NCBI GenBank assembly: GCA_030950485.1
Contig: JAUZRK010000025.1
Span: 8,236-72,235 of the forward strand
DNA: 64,000 nt
Direction: 5' to 3'
From: Candidatus Dojkabacteria bacterium
GTDB lineage: Bacteria > Patescibacteriota > Dojkabacteria > J137
Shown here: piece by piece, positions 30,194-40,735 of the stretch
How the letters are laid out: every line of letters begins with the position of its first letter
Position numbering within the stretch: position 1 is the stretch's first letter
Program-made: the position numbers and the translations under genes
The notes under the pieces: generated by a model
Told to the model about the DNA's origin: nothing
Seen by the model: only the letters and a program-made list of their open reading frames with translations
Databases searched by the model: none

Positions 30194-30345
30194 TATTTTT
30201 TGCTTTGATTCAAACTAAAATAGAATTTAATAAAACTTATACGCTATTAATTTGTATTATTTACAATTATTAGCAAATTCGGAATATAATTAAAGTATTA
30301 GATAGTCTAATGATATCTAGTACTTTAATTTTTTAATGAAAAAAT

Positions 30346-30768
30346 ATGTTCGGATTAGGTAAAAAGAAGTCAAATGATCCTCAAGAAGCAGTGAATAATG
30401 CTAGTAAAACTATTAATAGTGGTTTACTTGGCGGACTTACAAAAGCATTCATGGGTAATGATTTTGTAAATAAAGCTAATGCTGGTTTAGGAGTAGCTCA
30501 AAATGCAATTAATGATACTCAGAAAAGAGCAGTTCTTATGGAAACTGGACTTAATGGTAAAGCTGTAGTTCTAAGTATTGAAGATACAGGAGCATTAGTT
30601 AACTTTAATCCTGTAGTTAAACTAAGCCTTAAAGTTACAGCAGATGATTCTAGTGAATTTGAGGCTACTTTAGAAACTATGGTTTCAAAAATAGCTATTC
30701 CTAGAGTTGGAGATGAGGTTAATGTTAAATATGATGCTACTGATAAGACAAATTTGATTATTGTGTAA
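30346..30768 (+). CDS. hypothetical protein
   Basis: 140-aa ORF. Confidence 0.4.
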   Translation: MFGLGKKKSNDPQEAVNNASKTINSGLLGGLTKAFMGNDFVNKANAGLGVAQNAINDTQKRAVLMETGLNGKAVVLSIEDTGALVNFNPVVKLSLKVTADDSSEFEATLETMVSKIAIPRVGDEVNVKYDATDKTNLIIV

Positions 30769-30831
30769 ATAGATTCGATATTTTAAATCTGTAGGATTAG
30801 CAGATCTGCGAGTCCTACAGTTTCATATATT

Positions 30832-31341
30832 TCAGCTTACTCTGGCAACTACTTCTTTAGGAAATTTCTCTGGCTCAGCTTTTATCTCTTCAAATGTATA
30901 TTTTTTACGATGATAATTTTTTTCTAACGGGTCTGTGTAATCAAATATTAGTACTAGTACGTAATTATCCATTAGGAAATATTGTTCCTTTTTCAAGCTA
31001 GTTTTATATTGATAAATCATTTCATTCACAGGAATCCAAAATGACGGATTTAATTCTAAATACTGTTTATTTGATTCTTGAAAGTCTTCCTCAGTGAAAT
31101 TTTCAGTAATATATTTAACTATTTCGTTATAAAGGTTATCTGGTAATAAATCTAATTTAGGCTTTTCTATAAATTTACCAAATGTTTGGTTATAAGTTTG
31201 ATAGACTCCAAATCTACGATTGTCTTCAGCTTTAAAGTGCCTGTCGGGGTTTTCAATTATATCTATTTCCCACCTTACTAACTTATCTTCAAATGAGACA
31301 ACTACTTTTGTTTCATTTTCTAAAGGGTATGACCAATTCAT
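30832..31341 (-). CDS. hypothetical protein (translationally coupled to upstream disrupted gene)
   Basis: 169-aa ORF; 4-nt overlap with ORF 31338-31619. Confidence 0.4.
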   Translation of the reverse strand: MNWSYPLENETKVVVSFEDKLVRWEIDIIENPDRHFKAEDNRRFGVYQTYNQTFGKFIEKPKLDLLPDNLYNEIVKYITENFTEEDFQESNKQYLELNPSFWIPVNEMIYQYKTSLKKEQYFLMDNYVLVLIFDYTDPLEKNYHRKKYTFEEIKAEPEKFPKEVVARVS

Positions 31342-32041
31342 TTATCTGTTTCTAACATATAATTTACATCAGTATTTATTCTACTGATATTAAGTTCTTT
31401 AATTTCATCCATTGATTTATCTCCGAAAGGTACTTTGGTTAGTCCTGCTAAATCAATCAGCTTAAGTTTTTGCTCATCTTTATCACAAATTACATGTGCA
31501 CCTGAATAAATAAACCCTTGCTCTGCAAGTGCTTGAGCAAGGTCTAAAATCTGTAGATCAAGCTTTCCGTTTTCTTTAAGCTCTCTTGCTTTTTTACTAC
31601 TCTGAGTTAGTAATTGCATGCCTATAATTTGATATGTTGCACCTTCTGATATGAAAGATAAAACTAACTTAGGTAGAAAACCTGTATTTTCTAAGGCTCT
31701 AAAGTTATCTATCTCTGTTTACATATAACCTCTTGCTTTAGACAAATCTGCCGTTTCATCAACAGTTGCTTTCATTTGCATGCTTGATACTTTATATAAA
31801 ATTGCTTCAAAAGGTATGTAAACCTTATATAAAACCTTATTACTATCTGTATAGATAAAGCCAGAACTTGATTCCATTTCTTTCTCAAAATTAATTCATC
31901 TTCATCTATTCCTAAATAGTTTGATAAGTTGCTTCTAGCAAATTTTTCTCGAGCATTGAATGCATCTAAAGCTATCTCATATGTAACTTCCTCAGATTTA
32001 ATTACTCTTACATTATCATTATCTTCAGGTAACTCTGCCAT
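31338..32041 (-). pseudogene. gene of unknown function disrupted by at least two frame breaks (between yaaA and 30832 gene)
   Basis: Protein-like translation switches frames near 31860 and again near 31715 (MAELPEDN...KKWNQV / SGFIYTDSNKVLYKV...SKARGYM / TEIDNFRALENTGFLPKLV...MQLLTQSSKKAREL...). Confidence 0.5.
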
Positions 32042-32045
32042 AATT

Positions 32046-32813
32046 TTAAATAATAGTTTTTACAAAAAATAAACTATTGTCATTTATTTGTTCAAGCTTA
32101 TAACCACCTAAATTAAATTTTTTAACACCTTCTATATCATTTATTTTATTTTTAATTAGGAAATCTATAAAACTTCCTCTTCCTTGTTTAGCATAAAGAC
32201 CTATATTTTTAGTAACAGAATTCTTAGTTTGTCTAAATTCTATATTAATAAATTTACCTTTAAGCTTTTTTATATCTATGACTTTAGAGTATTCACCGGA
32301 GGCCAAATTTATTACAAATCTACTTTCCTTTTTATATTTAACCATCTCTAAATTAAGATCATTAGTTACTAGAGTACTCCAAAATTTATAAAGTGTGGGT
32401 TTACTTAAATTTAATTTCTCAATATTAGCCTTCATTTCAAGCCTATAAGGTTTAATAAAATCATATGGTTTTAATATTCCATACATCCCTGTGATAATCC
32501 TTAAATGCTTTTGTAAGTATACATGATCTTGTTCATTGAAATTATGTGCTTCGAATTGTTTATAGATCTCTCCTTTATATACTTCAATAGCAGGCTTTTC
32601 TATAGCGGAGCTCCATGATTCAAATCTCTCATAATTCAAATCAGCTAATTTATCGCTCACCTTTAAAAATGATTTAAAAGCATTTTTATCTAGCTTTTTT
32701 ATATTAGTTGCTATTTTATTTGCTTTAGCTAAGTAAACTGGCTCGCTACTTAGTTTACTTATAATTTTCTTCGTAAAATCTTGAGTTTTTGCAGGTGAAG
32801 TTATAAAAACCAT
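32046..32813 (-). CDS. yaaA: YaaA-family (UPF0246/DUF328) peroxide-stress protein
   Basis: MVFITSPAKTQDF..., LRIITGMYGILKPYDFIKPYRLEM, VINLASGEYSKVID match YaaA closely. Confidence 0.85.
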   Translation of the reverse strand: MVFITSPAKTQDFTKKIISKLSSEPVYLAKANKIATNIKKLDKNAFKSFLKVSDKLADLNYERFESWSSAIEKPAIEVYKGEIYKQFEAHNFNEQDHVYLQKHLRIITGMYGILKPYDFIKPYRLEMKANIEKLNLSKPTLYKFWSTLVTNDLNLEMVKYKKESRFVINLASGEYSKVIDIKKLKGKFINIEFRQTKNSVTKNIGLYAKQGRGSFIDFLIKNKINDIEGVKKFNLGGYKLEQINDNSLFFVKTII

Positions 32814-32819
32814 CCAAAT

Positions 32820-33404
32820 TTATACAGAGAAAGTAGAAATCATCCTATTAACAAATTCTTTATCAATCAATGTATCTTCAGGCGTATTAGATTCACTATT
32901 ATTCCATTCAAAATAGAAATATAAACCTGATTCTTTATCATAGCCTAGTAATATACCTGGATATGCTTGAGATAATGCTACTTGATAATATTCTTCTTCG
33001 TTATATACATTAATGATAAAAGCTGTAGCAAAGCTAGATGGACAAAAATTGTCTATAAAGCTTGAATCTTTTGTTGATAAACAATAGATCATAGTATATT
33101 CATAAAAGCTTGTGTCTAAGAAAAAACTATCTGCGAGATCTCCTGCATCAAAACTATAACCAAATCTAGAATCACCAATATAATTATCTTTTGTGGCTAA
33201 TTCTGACTCATCTTGTATTTCTTCCAATGGTTCTACATTTATATCTTCTTCGGCTTCATTTTTCTCGTTAGAAGTTATCTCCTCAGTACTTACTTCATTA
33301 TTATTCTCTTTTATATTATTGGAAGATTTAAATAATAGTAATATTGACAGTAAAATTATTATCAATAATAGAAACATTGAATTCTTTATATTATCTTTGT
33401 TCAT
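32820..33404 (-). CDS. hypothetical secreted/membrane-anchored protein with acidic low-complexity region
   Basis: 194 aa; N-terminal hydrophobic segment, E/N-rich stretch. Confidence 0.4.
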   Translation of the reverse strand: MNKDNIKNSMFLLLIIILLSILLLFKSSNNIKENNNEVSTEEITSNEKNEAEEDINVEPLEEIQDESELATKDNYIGDSRFGYSFDAGDLADSFFLDTSFYEYTMIYCLSTKDSSFIDNFCPSSFATAFIINVYNEEEYYQVALSQAYPGILLGYDKESGLYFYFEWNNSESNTPEDTLIDKEFVNRMISTFSV

Positions 33405-33557
33405 TTTCTTTAGAGATATTAGAAAAAGTAATTTTATATTGAGGTGTTGTTTGTTAACTCAACTAATTTAAATACTACCATTTGAACTAACCGACATCAA
33501 TGAAACAATTATATATAAGCTAGAGCATAGTGTATAATCCTGCATATTTTTATCAAT

Positions 33558-34853
33558 ATGTCAGATAATCAACAAAATGCATATAGATCTGAGTTATCAG
33601 GCTCTCAAAGTTTAGATCTTAGAAGTAGGATGACTAGCTATGTAGATAGAAGTTTTGAAGATTATGTCCTAGCTAAACAAGAAGGTAGATATAATTGTGA
33701 ATATGATCAATATCAAGAACCTACTGCAGACTTTGAGTCTTTAATTAGTTATATAGAACTATTACTTGCTGAGAGAAGCAAGCACTTCTCTTTTAATACG
33801 ACAATAGGCTTTAAAGAAGGAGTTACAGATCAAGATAAGTTTGATCAGTCACTAAATGGAATGATTGAAGTATTTAGTGATTCTTCGAAGCTAATGGCTA
33901 ATCTTAATGACTTTGACTTATTAAAAAAAGCTGAATATATTATAAAAAATGAACATGAAAGAATTAATAGTTTCTTGAGAAAAAATGATTGGGGTGGTGA
34001 AAATGAAGATTATAACCAGTATAGAGAACTCAATAATAGAATGTATTCAATATTAAATGGGAACGGGGCTCGAATCTCTGATCTTATGAGAAGTAGTTCC
34101 ATAAGAGTTAGCATTACACCATATAATGAGAATTTAGATAAAGTATGTAGCCAAATATCTGATGCTTTAGAATCAATTGAGCAAGATTTAAATAAGAAGG
34201 GAATAAAATTTGACCAAAAATTACTTTATATTCTACGAGAGGGTCCAGCTCATGAAAAAAGTCATCAAGAAGCCTATATAAATTATATCCCTGATAGTGC
34301 TGATGGTAGAAGGGAGTATCTAAGAGAGGGAAGATCTGCCTTAGGTGGTTGGGTGAATTTCAGTGTAGAATTAGAAATTCAGAGACAAGGAGATACTATA
34401 GTAGCTGGAATGTCTGTAGGACTTCCTCATTTAATGTCTTTAGATGAAGCTATACATGTTTATCTAGCACCTGAAAAACCTTCCCTTGGAGACACACTTT
34501 TTACAGCTACGGAGATTTTTAGATATTTAGATACTAATTCACCACTTTATAATGAAGTTTTAGAAACTTTAACTGATGTTTGCATTGAACTTAACATTTT
34601 CAATATAGAGAACGATCCTAAAAACCTTATCTCTATTCCCATTCCCTTACAGATTGAACAAATACTTTTAAATAGAATTTTAAACATGAGAGATGGGCAA
34701 GAATTTATAGCGAATACACTGATGAGAAATATGAAATCTATTGAAGATATACTTGCTACAAGACTAGTAGAAATAATTAGAAAACATACTAAAAAAATAA
34801 TACTTCTTCACTATAATCAAAAAGCTTTTATTACCCCTAAATATTTAATCTAA
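33558..34853 (+). CDS. hypothetical protein
   Basis: 431-aa ORF, no recognised domain. Confidence 0.45.
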   Translation: MSDNQQNAYRSELSGSQSLDLRSRMTSYVDRSFEDYVLAKQEGRYNCEYDQYQEPTADFESLISYIELLLAERSKHFSFNTTIGFKEGVTDQDKFDQSLNGMIEVFSDSSKLMANLNDFDLLKKAEYIIKNEHERINSFLRKNDWGGENEDYNQYRELNNRMYSILNGNGARISDLMRSSSIRVSITPYNENLDKVCSQISDALESIEQDLNKKGIKFDQKLLYILREGPAHEKSHQEAYINYIPDSADGRREYLREGRSALGGWVNFSVELEIQRQGDTIVAGMSVGLPHLMSLDEAIHVYLAPEKPSLGDTLFTATEIFRYLDTNSPLYNEVLETLTDVCIELNIFNIENDPKNLISIPIPLQIEQILLNRILNMRDGQEFIANTLMRNMKSIEDILATRLVEIIRKHTKKIILLHYNQKAFITPKYLI

Positions 34854-34902
34854 AATAGTGAACTAATTCGAATAAGATTAATAAAATGATATACTTTAGC
34901 TC

Positions 34903-35505
34903 ATGAATGAATCAATAAAATATATTTCAAACAAATTAAGCATAGTTAGTAATAGCGTTAAAGCTACTATTGAACTGTTAGAAGACGGATCAACTGTACC
35001 ATTTATATCTAGATATAGAAAAGAAGCTACGGGAGGTTTAGATGAGGTCGAGATAAATGATATAAAAAATGAATTAGCTTTGTTTAAAGAAACTGAGGCG
35101 AGAAGATCTTTTATAATTAAAACTATAGATGAACAAGGAGAACTAACTGATGAATTAAAAATAAGTCTAGAGAAAGCTAGCGAACTGGCTGAATTAGAAG
35201 ATCTATACTTACCATACAAAAAGAAAAAGAAAACTAAGGGAACTATTGCTAAAAATAAGGGGCTAGAGCCTTTAGCTGAATTAATATTTGAACAAGGTGA
35301 TATTGACTTAAAAGTTGAGGCTTTAAAATTTATAACCTCCTCTGACGGTGTTAACTCTGAAACGAGTTCAGAGGAGCTTGCCGTCAACTCTATAGAGGAA
35401 GCTCTGGAGGGAACTAGGGATATAATTGCTGAATGGATTAATGAAGATATTGAAGCAAGGAATAAATTGAGAACATTATTTGAAAGAGAGGCAGAGTTGG
35501 ATTGA
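34903..35505 (+). pseudogene. tex: Tex (transcription accessory protein) N-terminal 200-aa fragment; remaining roughly 500 aa absent
   Basis: LEDGSTVPFISRYRKEATGGLDEVEI...LEDLYLPYKKKKKTKGTIAKNKGLEPLAE matches Tex N-terminal HTH/YqgF region; ORF ends at 35505 and is followed by an IS200-like remnant. Confidence 0.8.
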
Positions 35506-35542
35506 TGATGAAAGGATTGAATTAGGAATGAATTTCAATTGA

Positions 35543-35794
35543 TTGGAATGGATAGGGACAGGTTTCAAACCTGTCCCGACAGTCCCGACTAATAAAAATC
35601 ACACATTATCAGAAATAATCCGTGCTCTAAAAACCTTCTCTTCTCGAAGAATAAGCAAGATCTCAAATTCGAAATTCTGCTAGCAGCGATCATTCCACGA
35701 TAGAATAATCAGAAGCGAAAATGAATATATTAGAATTAAAGACTATATTCAAAATAACCCACGAAATTTAAAAAATAATAAACCTAATGATTAA
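35543..35794 (+). mobile_element. IS200/IS605-like (COG1943 transposase IS200-like / RAYT-like) tnpA C-terminal remnant with W-to-amber nonsense codon
   Basis: Frame-2 translation ...NHTLSEIIRALKTFSSRRISKISNSKFC*QRSFHDRIIRSENEYIRIKDYIQNNPRNL matches the ...GAIIRAFKSATTKRIN...VWQRNYYEHIIRNEKELNRIREYIINNP C-terminus; TAG 35681-35683 replaces conserved Trp; N-terminal catalytic part missing. Confidence 0.7.
35554..35576. repeat. perfect hairpin GGGACAGGTTT-C-AAACCTGTCCC (IS200/REP-like end structure)
   Basis: 11-bp perfect inverted repeat immediately 5' of the tnpA remnant. Confidence 0.5.
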
Positions 35795-36321
35795 TATATA
35801 CTCATTCAATTTATTTATCTTGCCTAACCTGTCATTTATCTGTAGAATCCAACACTTAAATAATACCTATGTACGGAATAACAAATCACTGTAAAGACTG
35901 TTCACAAGATACTAAATGTCCACTAATTCACGCAATGAAGTCAACGAGAAAGCCTGAAAATTTGTAACAACTTTTAGATCAATTACCTGGAGATAGTTCT
36001 GCCAAAATTGACGCTGGTAATTACTCTGAACTAGACGATACTACTAAAGTATATTTTGAAAATATATTAGCTGCAGCTGGTTTAGATATTAAAGTAGGAC
36101 AGTTTTTCCAAGCAGTTATAGCTAGCGATATAGAAGGTACTGCTTGTTATGGAGAGGACGATACAGGTTGGCTAGTTGCTTTTGAAGAAGCTTAACTAAT
36201 TACTTCTAATATCAGAAAAGCTCATCTACTATAGAAATAAAAATCATGTATTTAGCAGTATTACTATGTTGCCGAACTTTACCACCGATGATATAATCAA
36301 TATAGATTATAAAATTTCAAT

Positions 36322-36528
36322 ATGGCTCTGAATGATGTAATGCAACCAGATGACAACGAAGGTGGTAAAGAACCTAGTTTGTTTGAGATTATGAAGGAGG
36401 ATGAATTTCTTGAAGAAGTTTTGGCTCCATTTTTACCAATTATAAAAATTGAGAACTCTGCACAAAGAGAGGCTGCAAATACGCTAACTTTTAAAAAGTA
36501 CTCCACCTACTCAGTAACCCCCAGTTAG
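36322..36528 (+). CDS. hypothetical protein (may be N-terminal part of a frameshifted gene continuing in 36519-36938)
   Basis: 68-aa ORF ending 8 nt before next ORF in another frame. Confidence 0.3.
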   Translation: MALNDVMQPDDNEGGKEPSLFEIMKEDEFLEEVLAPFLPIIKIENSAQREAANTLTFKKYSTYSVTPS

Positions 36529-36536
36529 TACTTGAG

Positions 36537-36938
36537 GTGTTGAAAGATGAGGGGCTACAAAATTTCATACAAAACTTAGCTGTTTACGCTGATTCAGATA
36601 TTGAAGAAAAAAGAGGTGTTCCCCCTTATGAAACTCTAGAGTATGTTGCAAATGCATTAAATAACCATAGACAGAAACTAGTAAATCAAGCAAAAGTGCT
36701 AATTAGAACTGCAAGAAACGAAACTAGAGAATTATTAGTTGAAAAAAGACTTAGAAATGTAGATAATCAACAATTTTGTATTACAATACCATATGACTCT
36801 ATAGCAGAAGTAAATACAGTTTTTCTTTCAGAAGAAGATGCTCTAATTATAATTGCTGCTGGTATTAGATTAAGAGAATTAGGAGTAAAGCTATCGACAG
36901 AGACAATACACCACGAAACTCTACAAACAAACAAATAA
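36537..36938 (+). CDS. hypothetical protein (GTG start; frame open from 36519)
   Basis: 133-aa ORF. Confidence 0.35.
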   Translation: MLKDEGLQNFIQNLAVYADSDIEEKRGVPPYETLEYVANALNNHRQKLVNQAKVLIRTARNETRELLVEKRLRNVDNQQFCITIPYDSIAEVNTVFLSEEDALIIIAAGIRLRELGVKLSTETIHHETLQTNK

Positions 36939-36967
36939 CTACGAGACTTTTCAATGAAGAAGAAACA

Positions 36968-37222
36968 ATGGAGCTAAACGAAGATGAAAAAGAAGCAAGG
37001 TTATCAAGATTTGTAGCAATTAGACTAAAAACATTGTTTATGGTTTATAAATATACTGATCCCGAAATCTTTAATATCTCTCAAAGAGATGAAGAAGAGT
37101 ATAATACAGGTAATATTGACTTTACTGTAGATGAAGGAATGCATAAAATTTTAATGATTGGGTACAATAAGGATCTTTTTGATAGATGGCAAGATGGAGA
37201 TGAAATTGACGAATTAATTTAG
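36968..37222 (+). CDS. hypothetical protein
   Basis: 84-aa ORF. Confidence 0.3.
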   Translation: MELNEDEKEARLSRFVAIRLKTLFMVYKYTDPEIFNISQRDEEEYNTGNIDFTVDEGMHKILMIGYNKDLFDRWQDGDEIDELI

Positions 37223-37233
37223 TCTTGAGAGAA

Positions 37234-37959
37234 TTATTTATTGACAAAGTTCATAGCTCCTAGATCTGCTATTCTCTGAGCCTTTTGAAACAATACCTTA
37301 ATTTCTTCTTCATGTGAAATTAAACCTTGTTGACTAATGTGATTAGTACCAAAGAAATGAATAGTGTCTTCATTAATTAAGCCATATGACCATGAATGAC
37401 TACTCTCTTTATCCCCTAGATAAATAGTTGCCCTAATAGGTTGTCTAAATCGATTTCTAGCATAACTAAAGCCTATTGCAACTGAATAATTGCCATCTTT
37501 TGTCAAACCAATTCCTAAAGCCATAGGCAAATTATATTCTATGGGAGGAATAGGTAATTCTTCAGACGATTTAAAATTAAGCGAAGATTGGTTTATTGAT
37601 GGTTTTGTCGGACTAATTTCATGCAATGTATTTATTGAATAGCCTTTTATATCTCTTCCGCAATTACCATTCAGTGGATCTACTATTAGTATATTTTCTG
37701 AAAAATCTACTGGAGATGGTAGTTCAGGTAGTTTACCTGATAAATCAATTACAAAGTAAGCGTGACTTGCACCCTCCATAGAAAAATGAACTGAACTTGG
37801 CCCACCTACAAAAAAGAATCTAGCATTAGGATTACTTTGTTTTATATCAACTAATATATTATTATCTACCATTTCTGAAATATACCTCTGAGTAAGTCCA
37901 CTACATTGTCCTGCAGTTCTCTTATCGTTATTACTGTAAAATTCATCTATATGAATCAC
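37234..37959 (-). CDS. hypothetical protein with CHAP/papain-like GQCSG motif; probable frameshifted N-terminal extension (59-aa ORF 37966-38145)
   Basis: 241 aa, GTG start; upstream 59-aa ORF MDYIEDKNFGGMREL... ends where this frame opens. Confidence 0.4.
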   Translation of the reverse strand: MIHIDEFYSNNDKRTAGQCSGLTQRYISEMVDNNILVDIKQSNPNARFFFVGGPSSVHFSMEGASHAYFVIDLSGKLPELPSPVDFSENILIVDPLNGNCGRDIKGYSINTLHEISPTKPSINQSSLNFKSSEELPIPPIEYNLPMALGIGLTKDGNYSVAIGFSYARNRFRQPIRATIYLGDKESSHSWSYGLINEDTIHFFGTNHISQQGLISHEEEIKVLFQKAQRIADLGAMNFVNK

Positions 37960-38404
37960 AGGGGGAGCTTGCTCTGCTATTACAATGGAATGAAAATGTT
38001 ACCTTTTAACATCCCGTCTAAGTTTCCATCAGCATTTCTATATATTTGATGATATTCAATTGCTCTATCATGCATAGCTCTCATTGTGACTGAGTCAATT
38101 CCTAAATCTTTTCTGAGTTCTCTCATTCCTCCAAAGTTCTTATCTTCAATATAGTCCATTACTTGTACTAATAATAAGTTTGTAATTATAGATGACAGTA
38201 TATAATTTTGTAAATCAATTACCTTTTATTTATAATCACTTTAAACGCTTAAGTAAAAAGTACCTATTATTTTTTGACTAAGGTTTTTTTTTCAACAACT
38301 GCAGGACCTAGAGATTTCTCTTTCTCCTAAAATAATTTCATAATTCGTACTATAATGTTTCGCCGGCTTATACCTGCATATTGTATTTAATAATACCTAT
38401 ATAA

Positions 38405-39997
38405 ATGAGAAAATTATTAAAAAAATGGGAGCCTCTGATAATCATAAGTCTTGCGCTCTTTGTTGTAATAATCGACACAACAATAATTAACGTTTCAATT
38501 ACAGACGTTGTAAAAGATCTAGATACAGATATTGCAAGTATGCAGTGGGTTATTACTATTTACGCGCTTATTATGGCAGCTCTTCTAATTGTAGGAGGTA
38601 AACTTGGAGATATTTACGGAAGGAAGAGAATGTTTATGATAGGAAAGTTTACATACGGTGTTGGAACTTTTATAGCGTCTTTAAGTCAAAACCTGTTTAC
38701 ATTATTAATTGGATGGTCAATATTAGAAGGAATTGGAGGTGCATTAATAATGCCTGCTTCTCAAGCTCTATTAACTGACAATTATAAAGGAAGTGATAGA
38801 TCTATAGCTTTTGGTGTTTGGGGTGCAATAGCTGGTATAACTGTTGCTTTCGGTCCTATTGCAGGAGGATACCTAACTGCAAATGCAAGTTAGAGATGGG
38901 CATTTGCACTCGAACTAATAATAGTATTCTTAGTTCTTGCCTTCTCTACTAGATTAAAAGAGATTTATGTAAGAAGAGATATTAAATTAGACATTGTAGG
39001 TTCCGTACTTTCAATCTTAGGATTAGGTTTTCTAGTTTTAGAAGCGAGAGAATACGGATGGTTAAAAGCTAAAAAGGCTTATGAATTATTCGGAACTACT
39101 ATAAACTTGGGAGATTTATCTATTGCACCAGTTTTTATATCAATCGGTATATTACTAACTTCACTAATGGTGCTTTGGTTATATAAAAGAGAGGGAGGAG
39201 GAAAAGATACACTTTTCAGTCCTAAGATCTTTAAATTTAAAGACTTTGACTTTAGTCTAGCTACCATATTTATAGTTTTAATACCAATGTCTGGAATGAT
39301 GTTTACTCTACCAGTTTTCTGGCAATCAGTAAGACATTATGATGCATTCGAAACTGGTTTGACATTCTTGCCTTATTCAATAACTCTTTTCTTAATAGCT
39401 CCTTCTATGGGTAAGCTTGCATCAAAAGTTTCACCAAAATATATAATTCAAAGTGGAATTGTATTATCAATGGTAGGACTATGGTTAATGCACGATAGTT
39501 TCACTGTAGATTCAACTTGGAAAAGTGCAGCACTAAGTATTGGAGTTTATGGAGCTGGTATAGCAATGGTATTTTCACAAATCCAAAACTACTTACTATC
39601 TACAGTTGATAAAAAATATGTAGGTGAAGCTTCTGGGTTAAACTCAGCAGTTAGACAATTAGGAAGTGCCTTAGGTACTACAATTTTAGGAACAGTATTT
39701 TTAAGTATTGTCACTAGCACAATGACTACAAATATTAATGAAAGTGATATTCTTTCAAATGATATAAAAACAGAACTTATTCAAAGTGTTCAAGCAAGCA
39801 GCGGTTTCGGTGAAAGAAACAATAGTCAGGAAACTGAATTACCCGAATCTATTTCTAGTGAGATAGAAACTTTAAGTAATGAATCTATTTTGGAATCATT
39901 AAAAGATACTTTTTTAATAGGAATAGGAGTAACTGCAATATCACTTCTAGTAAGTTTTGGACTTCCAAAGAAGTTAGAAGAGGAAATCGAGGGATAA
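38405..39997 (+). pseudogene. MFS transporter, DHA2 (EmrB/QacA-like) family, interrupted by in-frame TAG at 38891-38893
   Basis: ORF 38405-38893 ends ...GGYLTANAS* and same frame continues RWAFALELII...; in DHA2 proteins this region reads GG(W/Y)LT..xSWRWIFLIN, so TAG replaces the conserved Trp; downstream ORF 39107-39997 carries TM7-14. Confidence 0.75.
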
Positions 39998-40020
39998 TAT
40001 TTTTTAAGAAAATAAACTAT

Positions 40021-40599
40021 ATGGCTGAATTACCAGATAAAGAATCAAAAACATTTGATGAAGCTGTAGAAACAGCTATTACGGAAGCAGACAATGATCA
40101 AATATCTCAGATAGAATTAATTTTAGAAGAAAGTGAAGCAAAAGCGAGAAAAGGACACAAAATTGCTATAGTACTTAATATGCCTGAAGAACCTTCTTTC
40201 AATTTGTCGAGTAAACACAGCTATTTTAGTAGAATTTATGAAATAACTTTAACCTTATTAGGTCTTGAAGTTGATGGTATTCGGACTTTTAAGTCAGAAT
40301 TATTGAGCGCTATAGATATACTAACTGATGAGAAAGTAGATCAAGTGAGACAAATTTCTCAAGATAAAACAATTTCAAAATATCTAAGAATGCATAAAGT
40401 TTTTAGAGAAGTACTAATTGATCTTGTTCCAAGTAACTACAGAGACGAAGATTTGCCAGAAAGAACTCTGGGTTTTATTATAAGTCGAAAATTGGGAATT
40501 AGAATTCCACCTATGGATACAGAAGAAAAAGGGAAGAAAAAGGGAAGAAAATTGGAAGAATTAGAAGTAATTCTTATAATAGGAGCAATGGCAAATTAA
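40021..40599 (+). CDS. hypothetical protein
   Basis: 192-aa ORF; C-terminal K/G-rich tandem 11-nt repeat. Confidence 0.4.
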   Translation: MAELPDKESKTFDEAVETAITEADNDQISQIELILEESEAKARKGHKIAIVLNMPEEPSFNLSSKHSYFSRIYEITLTLLGLEVDGIRTFKSELLSAIDILTDEKVDQVRQISQDKTISKYLRMHKVFREVLIDLVPSNYRDEDLPERTLGFIISRKLGIRIPPMDTEEKGKKKGRKLEELEVILIIGAMAN

Positions 40600-40735
40600 A
40601 AGAGTCTTAGGTGAAAACCTCAGTACTCTTACATCTAGTACTTAGACAAATACATAAACTTAGCACTATGGGATATAGTCTGGATTTCTTTAAAACTTAG
40701 CTAGAAGTTCAATACATGCAGTTTATGTTAGATTC

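Noticed and set aside
40500-40570. Tandem 11-nt repeat GAAAAAGGGAA x2 as a possible regulatory repeat
   Set aside because: It lies inside the coding region of ORF 40021-40599, where it encodes a K/G-rich tail. It is most likely simple replication slippage in low-complexity coding sequence.
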